A stretch of DNA of 64,000 nucleotides, taken from a bacterium. Its GTDB lineage: Bacteria; Zhuqueibacterota; Zhuqueibacteria; Residuimicrobiales; Krinioviventaceae. Every line of letters begins with the position of its first letter. The stretch's first letter is position 1. Made by a program: the position numbers and the translations under genes. The DNA lies in the NCBI GenBank assembly GCA_963693055.1, contig OY843751.1, positions 3,840,001 through 3,904,000 of the forward strand. The letters are read 5' to 3'. The notes under the pieces are model-generated. The model had not been told where the DNA came from. It saw only the letters and a program-made list of their open reading frames with translations, and did no database searches. This document shows, piece after piece, positions 9,716-18,297 of this stretch.

Positions 9716-10386
9716 ATACTCGAGAATATTGCATAAAAGCTGAACAAAAAGAAAAAAGGATCAAACAGCTTTATCCCACTTTTCCCGTCAAAGATGACAA
9801 TTCACCACTGGTTAGTCTAAAAGATTCGGGATTTAGTTTAATGTTTGAGCCCACAATTATAGAAAATTATCAATATTTAGTAAGAGAAGCTGTTTATGAA
9901 AAAATTGGTCGCATAAGTAAAATACTGGTCCAGGACGATAAAGAATTGATCATTCGTTCAGCCTGGAGATCTTTTGAACATCAGCGTTTTTTATGGGAAA
10001 ATAAAGTTGTCTTTATGCAACAAACACATCCGGACAAATCATTGGAAGAAATAGCAGAAATCGTTTCTTTTTATATCGCTCCTGATACCTTGTCGATGCA
10101 CGCAACCGGTGGCGCTGTGGATGCGTTGATATTTGATTTGAAGAACAATTGTGTTATGGATTTTGGAACGAATGAGGGTTTAAAAATAGACCTGAATGAA
10201 AGATGTTACCCCTACCATCCGGATATATCATTCAATGCCCAAAAGAACAGAAAATTATTAATTGATCTGTTTGAAAATGAAGATTTTGTCGTTGATGTTA
10301 TAGAATACTGGCATTTCAACTATGGCAATGCCTGTTGGGCAATAGAAACAGGAAATGAAGCTATATATGATGTTATTAATCCATAA
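9712..10386 (+). CDS. D-Ala-D-Ala dipeptidase, peptidase M15D (VanX/DdpX-like)
   Basis: SAWRS, SMHATGGAVD (SxHxxGxAxD), EYWHF. Confidence 0.8.
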   Translation: MNTREYCIKAEQKEKRIKQLYPTFPVKDDNSPLVSLKDSGFSLMFEPTIIENYQYLVREAVYEKIGRISKILVQDDKELIIRSAWRSFEHQRFLWENKVVFMQQTHPDKSLEEIAEIVSFYIAPDTLSMHATGGAVDALIFDLKNNCVMDFGTNEGLKIDLNERCYPYHPDISFNAQKNRKLLIDLFENEDFVVDVIEYWHFNYGNACWAIETGNEAIYDVINP

Positions 10387-10477
10387 ATAATTTCCCCTCC
10401 TTTTAATCATTCTGATTATTTACATAAAAATATATTCAATTGTGTGACACCTTTTCCAATTCAAAAACGCCATTAAT

Positions 10478-11316
10478 GCATTCCGAAGGCGAGGTGGCCT
10501 CTTGTTGCGGGAATGATAAAATACGAGTCTGAACCACTGGACGATACTCTAATACCCCAAAACGCAAAAAGGCCGCCTAACTTGGCAGCCTTTAAAGCAT
10601 CCCCTGGGGGAGTCGAACCCCTGTTGCGGGAATGATAAAATACGAGTCCAAACCACTGGACGATACTCTAATACCCCAAAACGCAAAAAGGCCGCCTAAC
10701 TTGGCAGCCTTTAAAGCATCCCCTGGGGCGGGTTAAATCCCTGTTGCGGGAATGATAAAACCAGAGTCGGGATCACTGGACGATACTCTAATACCCCAAA
10801 ACGCAAAAAGGCCGCCTAACTTGGCAGCCTTTAAAGCATCCCCTAGGGCGGGTTAAATCCCTGTTGCGGGAATGATAAAATACGAGTCCGAACCACTGGA
10901 CGATACTCTAATACCCCAAAACGCAAAAAGGCAGCCATTCTTGGCAGCCTTTAAAGCATCCCCTAGGGCGGGTTAAATCCCTGTTGCGGGAATGATAAAA
11001 TACGAGTCCGAACCACTGGACGATACTCTAATACCCCAAAACGCAAAAAGGCAGCCATTCTTGGCAGCCTTTAAAGCATCCCCTGGGGGAGTCGAACCCC
11101 TGTTGCGGGAATGATAAAACCAGAGTCGGTACCACTGGACGATACTTGATACTCTTAAACGCAAAAAGGCTATCATTTCTGATAGCCTTTTAAAAGCATC
11201 CCCTGGGGCGGGTCGAACCCCTGTTGCGGGAATGATAAAACCAGAGTCGGTACCACTGGACGATACTTGATACTCTTAAACGCAAAAAGGCTATCATTTC
11301 TGATAGCCTTTTAAAA
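10478..11316 (-). repeat. Tandem array of seven ~120-bp tRNA-Glu-derived units (terminator hairpin + truncated pseudo-tRNA)
   Basis: Units start (+ strand) at 10478 (degenerate), 10597, 10716, 10836, 10956, 11076 and 11196; shared core tgttgcgggaatgataaaa...cactggacgatact matches the D/anticodon/T arms of the adjacent tRNA-Glu. Confidence 0.95.
11281..11316 (-). terminator. Rho-independent terminator of the tRNA operon
   Basis: Minus strand AAAAGGCTATCA-GAAA-TGATAGCCTTTTT directly after tRNA-Glu; identical copy near 11161-11195. Confidence 0.8.
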
Positions 11317-11317
11317 G

Positions 11318-11389
11318 CATCCCCTAGGGGAGTCGAACCCCTGTTGCAGGAATGAAAATCCTGAGTCCTAACCACTAGACGAAGGGGAC
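11318..11389 (-). tRNA. tRNA-Glu (TTC), CCA not encoded
   Basis: GTCCCCT-TCGTCTAGTGGTTAGGAC-T-CAGGA TTTTCAT TCCTG-CAAC-AGGGG TTCGACT CCCCT-AGGGGAT-G cloverleaf. Confidence 0.95.
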
Positions 11390-11416
11390 GTCTAAGTATT
11401 TTTTGGTGTAAATCAG

Positions 11417-11490
11417 GGTGAGTGACGGGACTTGAACCCGCGACGACCAGGACCACAACCTAGCGCTCTACCAACTGAGCTACACCCACC
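11417..11490 (-). tRNA. tRNA-His (GTG) with G-1, CCA not encoded
   Basis: GGTGGGTGTAGCTCAGTTGGTAGAGCG-CTAGG TTGTGGT CCTGG-TCGTCGCGGGTTCAAGTCCCGTCACTCACC. Confidence 0.95.
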
Positions 11491-11527
11491 ATATTGCTGA
11501 GCAGAAAGCTCTCGTACATAGCTATAT

Positions 11528-11556
11528 AATATATAGCTTTTTTTATTTCTAGTCAA
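11528..11556 (-). promoter_or_regulatory. Sigma70-type promoter of the tRNA-His/tRNA-Glu operon
   Basis: TTGACT-N17-TATATT on the minus strand, ~37 nt upstream of tRNA-His. Confidence 0.65.
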
Positions 11557-12287
11557 GTATTTTTTGTATTTTTTAATAAATTTTTTACACGGTCCGGATA
11601 ATTGCTTATAATTGCCTCCACTCCACTTTCAATCAAGGGCTGTATCTCTGTTTCTGTATTGGGTGTCCACGTCCAGATGCGCTTTTGCATACTATTCCAA
11701 AGGGTTACATTCTTTTCAGTAATCAACGTAAATTTTGGACAAACATAATCAAAACGACTGGTATCTGCTTTTTCAAAATCGTTCATTTTTGAAAAAATCA
11801 ATCCCACAGCAATATGCGGGGCCAAATCTTTAATCCTGTACAAAATTGTATCTGAAAAGGAGGTTATTATAAAGTCGTTAAACCGGGTCCGTTCCAGCAA
11901 TTGCAGCAAAGGTTTTACAATATTCAGATCAGCGGGAGTATGATATTTCACCTCTATATCCAGCAGCATTTTGTCTTTGACCTGTTCAATCACATTATCA
12001 AACAAGGGTACGGTCTCATCTCCAAATTCCGGTGAAAACCAGCTACCCGCATCGCCCTGTTTCAACTGCTCCAGCGTAAACTCACTCAAATGGCCCGTGA
12101 GGTTGGTAGTACGGTTTAATTTTTCATCATGCATCACTACAATGCGATTATCGGAGGTGAGCTGTACATCCAGTTCAATACCATCCGCACCCATTTCAAT
12201 GGCCTTTTCAAAAGCGGCATGAGTATTTTCCGGAGCGTATCCGGATGCGCCCCGATGAGCAATGTTCAATAGATCATGATTCGACAT
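11553..12287 (-). CDS. Glycerophosphodiester phosphodiesterase
   Basis: IAHRGAS, PENT, IELDVQ, HD, DIEVK motifs. Confidence 0.9.
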   Translation of the reverse strand: MSNHDLLNIAHRGASGYAPENTHAAFEKAIEMGADGIELDVQLTSDNRIVVMHDEKLNRTTNLTGHLSEFTLEQLKQGDAGSWFSPEFGDETVPLFDNVIEQVKDKMLLDIEVKYHTPADLNIVKPLLQLLERTRFNDFIITSFSDTILYRIKDLAPHIAVGLIFSKMNDFEKADTSRFDYVCPKFTLITEKNVTLWNSMQKRIWTWTPNTETEIQPLIESGVEAIISNYPDRVKNLLKNTKNT

Positions 12288-12639
12288 ATATTCTCTTGTC
12301 CATGAAATAAGCGATTGCCAATCCTATGGCATAAAACAAAAAATCCAACACATCAAATTGTGAACCCAAAATCCAGATAAATGGAGCAGGTAAATTCATC
12401 GCTTTAGGAATACCCGAAAGTTGAAAACACTCTACAAATACTGCAACAGCAGCTATAATAATCAATTTATTAAAAGGCTTTAAACGGGTAAAAAAGGCGC
12501 CAATGACAAAATATAAACAGGCCACTATGCCTACATCCCCTACCCAGGCATCAACCGCTGATCGAAAAGGACCGGTATATAGTTTAGAGGCAACAGCAAA
12601 TGCCAGAAATAATCCTGCCCACAACAAGTAGCGTTTCAT
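12274..12639 (-). CDS. DUF2809-like membrane protein
   Basis: VGD, VECFQL, ILGSQFDVLD...Y pattern; start trimmed to MKRYLLW. Confidence 0.7.
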   Translation of the reverse strand: MKRYLLWAGLFLAFAVASKLYTGPFRSAVDAWVGDVGIVACLYFVIGAFFTRLKPFNKLIIIAAVAVFVECFQLSGIPKAMNLPAPFIWILGSQFDVLDFLFYAIGLAIAYFMDKRIYVES

Positions 12640-12649
12640 CAATACAGCT

Positions 12650-13882
12650 CTATTCAACCTGCCACATGTGAATATACGCATTGGTAGATCTGTCGCTAAA
12701 GGCATAAACAAATCCATAGCCATAATAGACCATTCTGTCCCCTCTCATGGCTCCAACAGATAATATATTCAAACCCGGCACACCATTCACTGTTCCCTCG
12801 GCAAAACCATTACTGATAGCTAAATTCTGTTCTGATATCGTGGAATAGAATTGGTCCCATAGCTCCCGAATATTGCCCCAATTCAGGGCCGCGGTAGTAT
12901 CTGAACTGTAAAAAATCCTGTCCATTCTGGAATACACATCCTGCCAGATTTCATTCTCATAAAAATGAGACGACAGTTCCTCAGATGTCAAATTTTTTAT
13001 GGTATCCGATTCCACCATAATATTTGCATCCAGCACTCCAACACGTACCAGATCAAATTCTTCATACTGCATTGAGGTTTTTATAACCAGCTCGTCAATA
13101 TATCCATTTAAATAATTTCCAACGCCAAAACTGCCAGTAGTACCCGCCCCAATAGTCAGGTTAGAACTGGAAACGTTGAGGTTAATTCTGTCAGATTCGA
13201 ACGTAAAAGTAGTGTCAACCGCATTGGTAATCTGCAAATAAGGCGGACTGGGGGAAAACTGTCCGCGTAAAGAGTACCATTGGTTTGGATTTAATGCGGA
13301 ATTCGATGTAATGCGTGTTGCAACATTGTCTTTACTGATTTCAAAATAAGGTACCCTGTCAATTAACCCCATTCGGTAACCGTCACCTTTGTAATCAATT
13401 TTATCAACAATGATTTGATGTGCAAGCTGTGAATCAAATACATTTAACACAACATCTACGGATACACCGTATACTCCGCTCAATTGATAATAATAATCAT
13501 AAATTTGTCCATACGAGTTTAATCCGGACAATGCCACAGTTCGTCGGACTTTATCACCATCGCTTGAAACATCCCATTCCGTATTCGTGAGATAGGCATT
13601 ATTCTCAAATCCCGATTCGTCATGCGCGGTTTCGCCGATATTTTCATCAAAATTTAAAACTACAACGGGCAATTCAATAATTGCATTTGCCTTGTTCAAC
13701 ATTGAACCGGTTGCCTGAACGGTATTTCCGTCCAAAGAAGCGCCAAAAGGTGCATTATGAAACTCGAGTTCAAGAGCAAGTTCCGGTTTGGAAGCCACAG
13801 GAGTATTGGGAGATTTCACACATCCAATCCCAATGATGATCAATATGAGTATACTAAAAATTATCCCAGTATATTTAGACAT
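12650..13882 (-). CDS. Lipoprotein with LamG/concanavalin-like domain
   Basis: Lipobox-like GIGC; LNFDE...D.SG and LTIG...YLNGYIDEL LamG motifs. Confidence 0.7.
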   Translation of the reverse strand: MSKYTGIIFSILILIIIGIGCVKSPNTPVASKPELALELEFHNAPFGASLDGNTVQATGSMLNKANAIIELPVVVLNFDENIGETAHDESGFENNAYLTNTEWDVSSDGDKVRRTVALSGLNSYGQIYDYYYQLSGVYGVSVDVVLNVFDSQLAHQIIVDKIDYKGDGYRMGLIDRVPYFEISKDNVATRITSNSALNPNQWYSLRGQFSPSPPYLQITNAVDTTFTFESDRINLNVSSSNLTIGAGTTGSFGVGNYLNGYIDELVIKTSMQYEEFDLVRVGVLDANIMVESDTIKNLTSEELSSHFYENEIWQDVYSRMDRIFYSSDTTAALNWGNIRELWDQFYSTISEQNLAISNGFAEGTVNGVPGLNILSVGAMRGDRMVYYGYGFVYAFSDRSTNAYIHMWQVE

Positions 13883-13900
13883 ATATTACCTCAGCAAAGA

Positions 13901-15007
13901 TTACATATAAAATTTAAAACCACCAAGCGCCTGAAATCCGCTCAGGCCCACACTTTCTGTTGCGGCATTAATAGAACCAAAATAATAGCGCAGATCCACA
14001 TCAATATAAAACCGGTCAGTCAATCTGCGATCGCCTCCACCACCCAATCCGAATATGGTTGCACCGCCAATATCATACGCATTGTTTGAATAAATTCTGG
14101 ATTCAATCACACCGGTTACCCGCGTAGCAGGATTTAGTTTATAAAGTCCGGTTGCACTCAGCTCAAACTCGTTTCCATTACTGTTTTGCCGCTCAGGGAT
14201 CAATTCTCCCGAGCCTGCCTGATTTTTACCCTGAATTCGGTTGCGAGCAAGAAAAACCCATGATAAAAACTCGCGTTCCATAACCCACAAAGCCTGCAAT
14301 GTTAAACGATTTCCGGATTTAAACACCTGAATATCGTTTGCCTGGTCTTTACCATAAATAGTATAACTGACATCTATCATCAACTTGTCATCACGGCTCA
14401 CGAAATAATCAACACCACCGGAAATAGAAAATTCATCACCCGGATTATAATTAAAATCATAATCGCTGAACGGTTCATAAGAGCCCCGGTAAAGAAAACC
14501 GGCCCCAAAACCAAGCACCAGATCATTCCAGTTTTGCACCATAACAAAACCCGTACTTACATCCAGTCCCTGCCCTAACAAGGGTGATTGAAAATTTAAA
14601 GCATGGGTAGCAAGAATATTTGCTACAGTATATTCTTCCTGATCCAGAGAGCTCTTGCCTAAAGGCAGGTTTACGCCAAAGGTCAACAGCATTACCTCGT
14701 TATTAAACAGATATGAACCTCTTATGCGGGTATCAGACATCCCTCCCAGTTTGGTTTCGGTTTGTGTAATCAAGGTACTGAATGCAGGAGATGTAATAAC
14801 ATCCAGTTTCAATTGATCATTAACAGAATACGCAAACGTAACCGGAATTGACATTTGTTCCACCTGGTCATCTCCGGCATTCCAGTATTGATATCCAACT
14901 TTGGCAGAAAGTGTACGATACTGCTGAAAAGATTGAATACCCACCTGTGAAAAAGTAACAGAGCAGGGAAAGAGAAAAATCATCAATATATAAAACCATC
15001 TATTCAT
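13901..15007 (-). CDS. Probable outer-membrane beta-barrel protein
   Basis: Signal peptide, many amphipathic beta-strands, C-terminal GGFKFYM. Confidence 0.7.
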   Translation of the reverse strand: MNRWFYILMIFLFPCSVTFSQVGIQSFQQYRTLSAKVGYQYWNAGDDQVEQMSIPVTFAYSVNDQLKLDVITSPAFSTLITQTETKLGGMSDTRIRGSYLFNNEVMLLTFGVNLPLGKSSLDQEEYTVANILATHALNFQSPLLGQGLDVSTGFVMVQNWNDLVLGFGAGFLYRGSYEPFSDYDFNYNPGDEFSISGGVDYFVSRDDKLMIDVSYTIYGKDQANDIQVFKSGNRLTLQALWVMEREFLSWVFLARNRIQGKNQAGSGELIPERQNSNGNEFELSATGLYKLNPATRVTGVIESRIYSNNAYDIGGATIFGLGGGGDRRLTDRFYIDVDLRYYFGSINAATESVGLSGFQALGGFKFYM

Positions 15008-15023
15008 CACATCAACTCTCAAA

Positions 15024-16442
15024 TTAAGGTTGCACTACAGGAATTGGTATTTTTATTGTTATAGGTGCCGAAGAACCGAATGTTGAAGCATTTTCTTCGG
15101 TTGTGGCTTCACGTGATTCAACACCCGGTAAAAATCCGGATGAAACACTCAAAGCAGTACGGTCCAGACGGCTCCCTAAAGCGTCTGTAACTGAAGCATC
15201 AGCCCCGGTATTAACAGAGGATGTATTCCTTTTTCCCGTTACAGACTTTTTAGATTGAGATCCTTTACCTCCTCGACCTCCACCAGCAGTCACTTTTGCA
15301 TAATTCGGTTTTTGAGTACCTGCTGTTTTTTTATAATTTGAATATGCCCTGGATCGTTCAATTCCCTGGGTAGCAGCAGTAAAGCCGGGATCTTTGGCCA
15401 ATGCAGCTTTATAGGTCAACTCGGCCTGATCATACAGCCCTCTGTCCTCCTGATCGAGTGCTTTACAATAATACATATAGGCGACCAGATTTTTTGTTGG
15501 AACACGTTCAATGGCCCTGCGTTCCTGTGGGCTGATCTTGATTCCCATTTCATCGATTATATTAAAAACCATGTCTTTTTCAAGTTTAAACAGATCCCGC
15601 AAACTGCCGGCTGCGTTGGTGGTGGTTGTTAAACCACCGCCTTTGATATTGGTAATTCCGGCATCTACACGTAACTGGTTATTATCCAGTTGTGTCAAGG
15701 TACCCTGAACAACTTTGGAAGCACCCAGCAACTTGCCAAACCGGGCTGCTGTGGCCTCGTCAACAACACCTGCTTGGCTCATCCCCATCTCTTCCATTAA
15801 AGTTTGAAGACGCGCGCGTTCAACAACAGTAAGCCCTTCAATTTGAGACAAGTCGGTTATCAACATCTCAGTTAAACCTTTTTGCAGCGGAGTTAATGCA
15901 CCGGATTTATTCATGTTCAGAAAATACAAAACCGCAATAGCATTGTCTGGTATGGAAGCTATCTCAAGCAGACTTTCCTGGGTCAATGTCTTTTGCAGCT
16001 CCTGCTTGAGTCTCAGTTTAACCAGCGCAACCAGCCTTTGTTCAAGCTGCTGACGAAATGGATTCAAGGGCGATAGATTTACATAATTTTTATAAAGCGA
16101 AATGGCTTCTTTTAATTGGCCAGCGTCTTCATAAACCTGACCAAGATAATAAGACACAACAGGATCGTCAGGATTTTTCAGTGCAGCAATCTTGAGCAAA
16201 CGCAAAGCTATCTTGCTGTTTCCCTTGTGATACAATGCAATACCCAGATCTCGTATAGCATCCAGATTTTTGGGATTCTCTCCAACCGCTTGTTTCAGCT
16301 CCCGAATGGCCTGATTATAATTTTCATCTTTTAATGCCTGTTGGCCCCGAGAATAATATGAGGAAGCACAACCGGATAAAAATACTAGCAAGAGCAGTAA
16401 TAATACATATTTTAAATATTTACATTTCTTCATGTTAATCAC
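15024..16442 (-). CDS. TPR + CsgG/HfaB-like domain lipoprotein
   Basis: Lipobox LSGC, TPR helices, IAVLYF...LITDLS...VVERARL...GKLLGA domain, low-complexity C-terminal tail. Confidence 0.8.
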   Translation of the reverse strand: MINMKKCKYLKYVLLLLLLVFLSGCASSYYSRGQQALKDENYNQAIRELKQAVGENPKNLDAIRDLGIALYHKGNSKIALRLLKIAALKNPDDPVVSYYLGQVYEDAGQLKEAISLYKNYVNLSPLNPFRQQLEQRLVALVKLRLKQELQKTLTQESLLEIASIPDNAIAVLYFLNMNKSGALTPLQKGLTEMLITDLSQIEGLTVVERARLQTLMEEMGMSQAGVVDEATAARFGKLLGASKVVQGTLTQLDNNQLRVDAGITNIKGGGLTTTTNAAGSLRDLFKLEKDMVFNIIDEMGIKISPQERRAIERVPTKNLVAYMYYCKALDQEDRGLYDQAELTYKAALAKDPGFTAATQGIERSRAYSNYKKTAGTQKPNYAKVTAGGGRGGKGSQSKKSVTGKRNTSSVNTGADASVTDALGSRLDRTALSVSSGFLPGVESREATTEENASTFGSSAPITIKIPIPVVQP

Positions 16443-17128
16443 TTGGCTTTCAATTCCTGAATTTTTTGAGCAGCTTTAGAAAACTGTTTATTCTTTTTCA
16501 GCGCGCGTTCATACATCTTTATCGCGTTTTTCACATCACCCGCATCTTCGTATTCAAGCCCTCGGGCATAAAACAACGATGCTTCAAAATTGGTGTTATC
16601 TACATCGCGTAATTTTGCAATTTCTGCCTTGGAAATACGAACATCCAGATCTTTGATCACTTTGGCAACCAAACGAGTAACCAGCTTGTACAAATCTTTG
16701 GGCTTGCCGGTTTCTTCTTCGGCTTTGATGGTAATGCCGGTTTCAACTTCTACAATACGTACATCAATACGCATTTTGCCGTCAAACATGTGCATAAAAG
16801 AACCAAGCACCAGATTCCGGGCTCCCAGCAGTTTACCTACCTGCTGCGCGGAATTGGGATCAAGCATCCCGCTTTGTCCCAAAGACATTTCCTGAAACAA
16901 CTGTTCCAATTGCCCACGCTCTACCATCTGAAACTGTTCAATTTTCGAAAACTCTGTAGTAAACATGTCTGCCAACCCCTTTTTCAAGGGATCCATTTCT
17001 TCACGTTTATCCAGGCTATTGTTTTCAAAATACAAAACTGCCATGGTACGTTTTCCGGTAGTTTGCCCCAAAACCGGCAATGAACACAGCAAAACCAAAA
17101 TCAAAAAAGAAACTGCAAACTTTTTCAT
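16439..17128 (-). CDS. CsgG/HfaB-like protein with C-terminal TPR
   Basis: Signal peptide; MAVLYFEN, MVERGQL, VGKLLGA, RIVEVETG. Confidence 0.8.
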   Translation of the reverse strand: MKKFAVSFLILVLLCSLPVLGQTTGKRTMAVLYFENNSLDKREEMDPLKKGLADMFTTEFSKIEQFQMVERGQLEQLFQEMSLGQSGMLDPNSAQQVGKLLGARNLVLGSFMHMFDGKMRIDVRIVEVETGITIKAEEETGKPKDLYKLVTRLVAKVIKDLDVRISKAEIAKLRDVDNTNFEASLFYARGLEYEDAGDVKNAIKMYERALKKNKQFSKAAQKIQELKAK

Positions 17129-17144
17129 AAACTACGTTCCTATC

Positions 17145-18200
17145 TTAAACAAGATTCTTCAATTTCTGAATTTGTTTATCATTGCCCAAAGACAACAATT
17201 TATCATTTTTATCTAAAACAGTATATCCCGGAGGATTAATCTCCATGGTTCTGTCTTTTTTTTCTATACCAATAATCATGGCGCCATCCGTATCCCGTTT
17301 GATATAAGATTCGTCAAGACGTTTTCCAACCAGCTGGCTGTTTTCCGATATGGTCAATTTTTCCAGTCGCAAACCATAATCTGCAGCCTGGTTAAATGAA
17401 TCCATAAACTCTACCACATCAGGATTAATCAACAACGAAGCCATTCGCCTTCCACCAATTTCAAACGGCGAAACGACCTTGTCTGCCCCCGCAAGAACCA
17501 TCTTTTTACGAGAGGCTTCATCTACACCACGGGCAATAATACGTATTTTTGAATTCAATGCCCGAGCGGTCAATACCAGGTACACATTGGCAGCATCATC
17601 AGAGATGGCGCTAATGAGTCCACTGGCATTCTGAATGCCACTTTTTAATAAAATATCATCATCTGTAGCTTCTCCAACGGCGGCTATATACCCCATACCC
17701 AAAGCCGTGTCAATTTTATCATCATCTGTATCAATAACAATAAACTCTTTATTAGCGTTTATCAATTGTTCGCATACAGATCGCCCGATTTTACCAAAAC
17801 CGCAGACAATAATATGTTTTTCTAATCCTGTTATTGCTCTAACCATTTGTCTTCCTTTTAATAAATCTAAAAGGTGCCCTTGCACAAAAAAAGCTGCTAT
17901 ATTACCTATTGCATACCCACCAATACCAATACCCAGAAAAATCATCAGCATGGTAAACAAACGACCGCCATCACTCAGTTCCACAACTTCGTGAAATCCT
18001 ACCGTAGCAATGGTGATAACCGTCATATACAACGCATCCAGCAGCGGAATTTTTTCAATGATCCGATACCCAACTGTGCCAGTGATCAAAACAGTCAAAA
18101 TCAGAAAAGCCGCATAGATCAAACGTCTGAATGTTTCATGGCTCAGCAATGCTGATTTTGAAAGTGAAGAAAATGAGCGAATATGACGGGGACTATTCAT
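17145..18200 (-). CDS. Potassium channel protein (2TM pore + RCK/TrkA-N/C)
   Basis: TIATVGF filter, IVCGFGKIG Rossmann motif, TrkA-C domain with INP. Confidence 0.9.
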   Translation of the reverse strand: MNSPRHIRSFSSLSKSALLSHETFRRLIYAAFLILTVLITGTVGYRIIEKIPLLDALYMTVITIATVGFHEVVELSDGGRLFTMLMIFLGIGIGGYAIGNIAAFFVQGHLLDLLKGRQMVRAITGLEKHIIVCGFGKIGRSVCEQLINANKEFIVIDTDDDKIDTALGMGYIAAVGEATDDDILLKSGIQNASGLISAISDDAANVYLVLTARALNSKIRIIARGVDEASRKKMVLAGADKVVSPFEIGGRRMASLLINPDVVEFMDSFNQAADYGLRLEKLTISENSQLVGKRLDESYIKRDTDGAMIIGIEKKDRTMEINPPGYTVLDKNDKLLSLGNDKQIQKLKNLV

Positions 18201-18297
18201 AGCAATCTTTTTTATACAAAATTATTTTCAAAGATATGTATATTATTGGTTTAGCACAATATTTTTTTTCAATATAATGCAAGATCAATCAAGCTGC

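Noticed and set aside
9712-10386. Vancomycin-resistance cluster (vanX/vanT-like)
   Set aside because: No D-Ala-D-Lac/Ser ligase, vanH or vanRS; the racemase is Orr/YhfX-type
10478-11316. CRISPR array interpretation of the 120-bp repeats
   Set aside because: No unique spacers; whole units are homologous and derive from tRNA-Glu plus terminator; no cas genes in the window
10597-11316. Functional or suppressor tRNAs (TCA/TTA triplets in the expanded anticodon loops)
   Set aside because: The 5' acceptor strand is missing and the anticodon stems are mispaired, so they cannot form chargeable tRNAs
10973-11456. ORFs 10973-11176 and 11190-11456 on the minus strand
   Set aside because: They run through tRNA genes and terminator hairpins; by-products of the ~120-bp period
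15024-17128. Curli secretion system
   Set aside because: No csgA/B/E/F-like genes; only the CsgG/HfaB-like domain is shared
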